Source: a virus (taxonomy: Duplodnaviria; Caudoviricetes). From it: a stretch of 36,737 nt of DNA. The position numbers and the translations under genes are program-made. A model generated the notes under the pieces. The model saw nothing but the letters and a program-made list of their open reading frames with translations. It searched no databases and was not told the DNA's origin. This document shows, piece by piece, positions 33,895-36,737 of this stretch (position 1 is its first letter; each line of letters opens with the position of its first letter). The stretch lies in IMG/VR virus record IMGVR_UViG_3300043961_000116, positions 1-36,737 of that record; one strand, given 5' to 3'.

Positions 33895-33996
33895 GTGTGG
33901 CTGCATGCTCTGCAAACCTGCTAGAGCTAACTTTTCGTTCGTGGTGTCACCTTCCTTCATGTGGGATAATAAAATTCAAAAAAGGAATGAACGCTG

Positions 33997-34632
33997 ATGT
34001 TTAATCACTATATTTCAATAACCAGAACGCAATTTATTTTGATTACGTTCGCAGCGATGTTCGCTGGAAGCATATCTGATGTTCTTTTGAGTAAACTGAC
34101 AAAAGTTAACGTTTTTATTACTAACCATAGTAAGCTGGTTGGAATATTAATGACTGCTTGGATGTTGATTGCAATTCCTGTGGTTGGAATACCAATGCTT
34201 TACCAAACCATCGCTACAGGATCAAAGGGATCTGCTATTTCTGTCTTGTCGAAGCAATTTTTAAATGCGCACATGTTTCAAAATTTTTTTGAACTTTCGC
34301 TTTTGTTTTTTCTGACAGTTATTTTGCTTTTTATATTATTTGTTGCAATTTTTATTACATATGCCTTCATCACAAAGCGGAGTGACGATGAGCTTTTAAA
34401 ATTGCCAAGACATATTTTTATCCGATCAATCGCATTGATATTAATCATTTTCCCGGTGCTACTGGTTTTGCGTGCTTTTACTATTCAACAAGCAAATCTA
34501 ATATTGCTAGTCGGCACTTTCGTGTCATTTACATTTGCATTTTTTCCAAGAGCTACTCATCATGGAAAGTCAATTGAATTAACTGAAACGCAGCATAAAA
34601 GAAAGCTGTTACGACGACACAAGCTAAGATAA
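33997..34632 (+). CDS. Opposite-strand polytopic membrane protein (moron)
   Basis: About 5-6 TM segments, basic C-terminal tail, AT-rich; own TGgGATAAT at 33962..33970, SD AAAGGA, own terminator. Confidence 0.8.
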   Translation: MFNHYISITRTQFILITFAAMFAGSISDVLLSKLTKVNVFITNHSKLVGILMTAWMLIAIPVVGIPMLYQTIATGSKGSAISVLSKQFLNAHMFQNFFELSLLFFLTVILLFILFVAIFITYAFITKRSDDELLKLPRHIFIRSIALILIIFPVLLVLRAFTIQQANLILLVGTFVSFTFAFFPRATHHGKSIELTETQHKRKLLRRHKLR

Positions 34633-34651
34633 ATGCCATAAGTTCACCCCC

Positions 34652-34674
34652 GTCAGCCAATCGGCTGGCTTTTT
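34652..34674 (+). terminator. Terminator of the moron gene
   Basis: GTCAGCC-AATC-GGCTGGC-TTTTT. Confidence 0.7.
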
Positions 34675-34846
34675 ATTTGCCTTGTAACTCTCGTAAGTCG
34701 TGCTTCAATGTTTGGATCGGATGGATGTGCTTCCAGTGGTCAAACATCGTGCGACGATTGTTTTGTACATAACGTGTGCCGTAGCCAGCCAAATAAATTG
34801 CTACTGACCACAAGATGAATCCTGTTAACTCATACGTGACTGTCAT
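34673..34846 (-). CDS. Small single-TM protein
   Basis: Start placed at MTVTYE behind GAGGTGG. Confidence 0.6.
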   Translation of the reverse strand: MTVTYELTGFILWSVAIYLAGYGTRYVQNNRRTMFDHWKHIHPIQTLKHDLRELQGK

Positions 34847-34848
34847 TG

Positions 34849-35145
34849 CTAACCACCTCGCTTCATGTAAACGTCGTGATACCATTGCGACCATTCAGGA
34901 TTGAGCCAGTGATACCCGTTAGGTTCTTTCTTAAATAGCCCCAACTGAATCACTTCCGGATCCGTCGTAAACTTTTTCAAGAATGTGGCACTATCCGAAT
35001 AATTTGTTACTTCCATTGCTTGTTTGGTGCTGATGCAAGCACGAAGATATGGAATACGTTGCTTTAAGACCGCTATTTCTTTAGCAACACCAAGTCTTAC
35101 TTTTGCATCAATAATTGAATCTACTGAATCTGCCATAGTGTTCAC
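34849..35145 (-). CDS. Small DNA-binding protein (DUF771/excisionase-like position)
   Basis: Winged-HTH-like pattern; follows the antirepressor. Confidence 0.5.
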   Translation of the reverse strand: MNTMADSVDSIIDAKVRLGVAKEIAVLKQRIPYLRACISTKQAMEVTNYSDSATFLKKFTTDPEVIQLGLFKKEPNGYHWLNPEWSQWYHDVYMKRGG

Positions 35146-35177
35146 TGCCTTAATATTTGTTACTGACTAAGTTCAAC

Positions 35178-35936
35178 TTAGGAACCTTGCTCCAGCAATA
35201 ATTTAAAAGTTGCACGCCCTTTTGGTGTGATGAGAGTCTGAATGAACGTCTTGTCCGTCCATTCACTTACTGACTCACGATATTCAAACAAGTCATGATC
35301 ATACTTTGCGTAGTGTTTTAACTGTTTGTTGCGTCCATTATTTCGGTACACGTATTTGTGCTCTAACAGCCAATTAATGAATGCTTTCTGACCAATGTGT
35401 AATTCCTTGGCCGTGTCGCGGAAGTTAGTTAACAGGTTTCGTTCAACCAAGTCATCGAAGTAATCAACTTTCGGCTGCATCAACCGCTTTTCTTCATTCA
35501 ACTGCTGAACCTCTGCTTGCGATTCCTTGTACCGAGTCAAAATCTCAATCATCGTGTCTGGATTGCTCAGCAACTGTTCAACCTTGGCTGGCTCCATATA
35601 CATCCCCTGCTCACGAATGGATGGGAGGACCACACTAGTTACCCAGTGTTTGAACCGTCTGGCTGATGGAAGCTTGCTGCCAAACACCAATGAATAAACG
35701 CCGGACTCGTTAACCCAAGTTGGTGTCTGCTGACGTCCCAAACTATCTGTTACAGACGGGGTTCCGTTTTGGACCCCCATCTTGTCCTCTGAACCAACAT
35801 GATCTCGAACGGCTTTGGAAGGGTTTGAATAACCAAGTACAGTGGCAACATCTTTACCAACAAATACAGGCTGTCCCTCTATAAATGAGGTTCTGACATC
35901 AAATCCTTCAAAGACAAAATTTTGTAATTCGTTCAT
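35178..35936 (-). CDS. Antirepressor (BRO-N + KilAC)
   Basis: FVGKDVA.VLGYSNP.KA, NESGVYSL.F.SKLP.A..FK.WVT..VLPSIR; PKVDYFD, TLITPKGR. Confidence 0.95.
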   Translation of the reverse strand: MNELQNFVFEGFDVRTSFIEGQPVFVGKDVATVLGYSNPSKAVRDHVGSEDKMGVQNGTPSVTDSLGRQQTPTWVNESGVYSLVFGSKLPSARRFKHWVTSVVLPSIREQGMYMEPAKVEQLLSNPDTMIEILTRYKESQAEVQQLNEEKRLMQPKVDYFDDLVERNLLTNFRDTAKELHIGQKAFINWLLEHKYVYRNNGRNKQLKHYAKYDHDLFEYRESVSEWTDKTFIQTLITPKGRATFKLLLEQGS

Positions 35937-35952
35937 GTGCAATCACTCCTTT

Positions 35953-36156
35953 CTATAAATCCAGAACTTTGTAAATCTTGGCACGAATCTCAATTGATTT
36001 AGGACTCATGTCAACATGAATAGCTCGGTTGAGTTGCACAGGTTTTTCACCAATTAAGTTAGCTAGTTCTACTTGTGTCATGTGCTTCTTCAACAAGCCA
36101 ATCTTGATAGATTCAGTAATTTGTGCAGCTCCAGCAGCCAAATCCTGTTCGGTCAT
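35953..36156 (-). CDS. cro: Cro-like HTH regulator
   Basis: 67 aa HTH (MTQVELA.LIGE...QLNRAI); first lytic gene, divergent from the repressor. Confidence 0.85.
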   Translation of the reverse strand: MTEQDLAAGAAQITESIKIGLLKKHMTQVELANLIGEKPVQLNRAIHVDMSPKSIEIRAKIYKVLDL

Positions 36157-36193
36157 CGATGTCGCTCCTTTCTGTTATTAATTTATCAAGTTG

Positions 36194-36377
36194 TTGACCA
36201 TAATTATCCAAAGTGATAATATAAGTGCATAACAAATAGCATAAGAAATGTGTTTACAACATCGCCCCTTCAAAGTTTTGTTGCAAGCCGCTGTGTTTTC
36301 TTTTGCTCAATTACTTGATGAACATATAATAATCTAATTGGATAATATTTGCAATGGTTTTAATCTAATTAGATAAT
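36194..36377. promoter_or_regulatory. Genetic switch: three 18-bp operators and convergent promoters
   Basis: ATTATCCAAAGTGATAAT 36203..36220, ATAATCTAATTGGATAAT 36329..36346, TTAATCTAATTAGATAAT 36360..36377; plus promoter TTGACC-17-TAATAT (36194..36222); minus promoter TTGCAA-17-TATTAT (36354..36326). Confidence 0.82.
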
Positions 36378-36410
36378 TTGATGTCATCAATACACACTTG
36401 GAGTATTGAT

Positions 36411-36737
36411 ATGACAACGTTAGAACGTATAAAAGAAATCTCAAAAAAGCGAGGCTGGTCACTACAAAAAACGGCGGAGGAAGCTGGAATCGGTGTCAAC
36501 AGCATCTATAAGTGGAATAAGCAGACTCCCAGTATCACTTCATTAACGAAAGTGGCAGATGCATTAAACGTTTCTGTAGATTACTTGCTCGGCAAATCAA
36601 CCGCTCTGCAAACTAAGCCTGACACTAAAAAGTCTGTCGATATTGCAGATGACGATGTAATCATGACCTACGAAGGAAGACCGATACCACCGGAAGACTT
36701 GGAGTATATCAAGCGAATACTAAATGGTGGTAAGTAG
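36411..36737 (+). CDS. cI: CI/ImmR-like Xre repressor
   Basis: Xre HTH (RIKE...RG.SL...E..G....IYKW....P....L.KVA..LNVSVDYLLG), no S24 peptidase domain; start at ATG 36411 behind GGAG. Confidence 0.92.
   Translation: MTTLERIKEISKKRGWSLQKTAEEAGIGVNSIYKWNKQTPSITSLTKVADALNVSVDYLLGKSTALQTKPDTKKSVDIADDDVIMTYEGRPIPPEDLEYIKRILNGGK

Overview
A near-complete temperate siphovirus (or prophage) genome of a Lactobacillaceae-like host, written mostly on the minus strand. Read from right to left: cI/cro switch with three palindromic operators and face-to-face promoters; BRO/KilAC antirepressor; an opposite-strand AT-rich membrane-protein moron; a Gp157/Sak4-like/DUF669/replisome-organiser/DnaC-like replication module; an accessory block (HNH-like protein, SAM-binding MTase-like protein, tyrosine recombinase, N4/N6 DNA methyltransferase, truncated third MTase); ArpU late regulator and late promoter; HNH/cos/terminase/portal/Clp protease/HK97 capsid; tail genes with a -1 frameshift chaperone, TMP, Dit, Tal, two paralogous RBP-like heads and an SGNH esterase; and a lysis cassette ending in a signal-peptide GH25 endolysin. 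The window runs from the lysin stop codon to the cI stop codon, so no canonical lysogeny integrase or attP is visible. The most unusual elements are the pseudo-MTase / recombinase / MTase cassette, a 48-nt tRNA-like mini-element in a terminated late leader, two similar antisense sRNA units, and the esterase plus dual-RBP baseplate. All family calls come from motif recognition and gene order; no searches were run.
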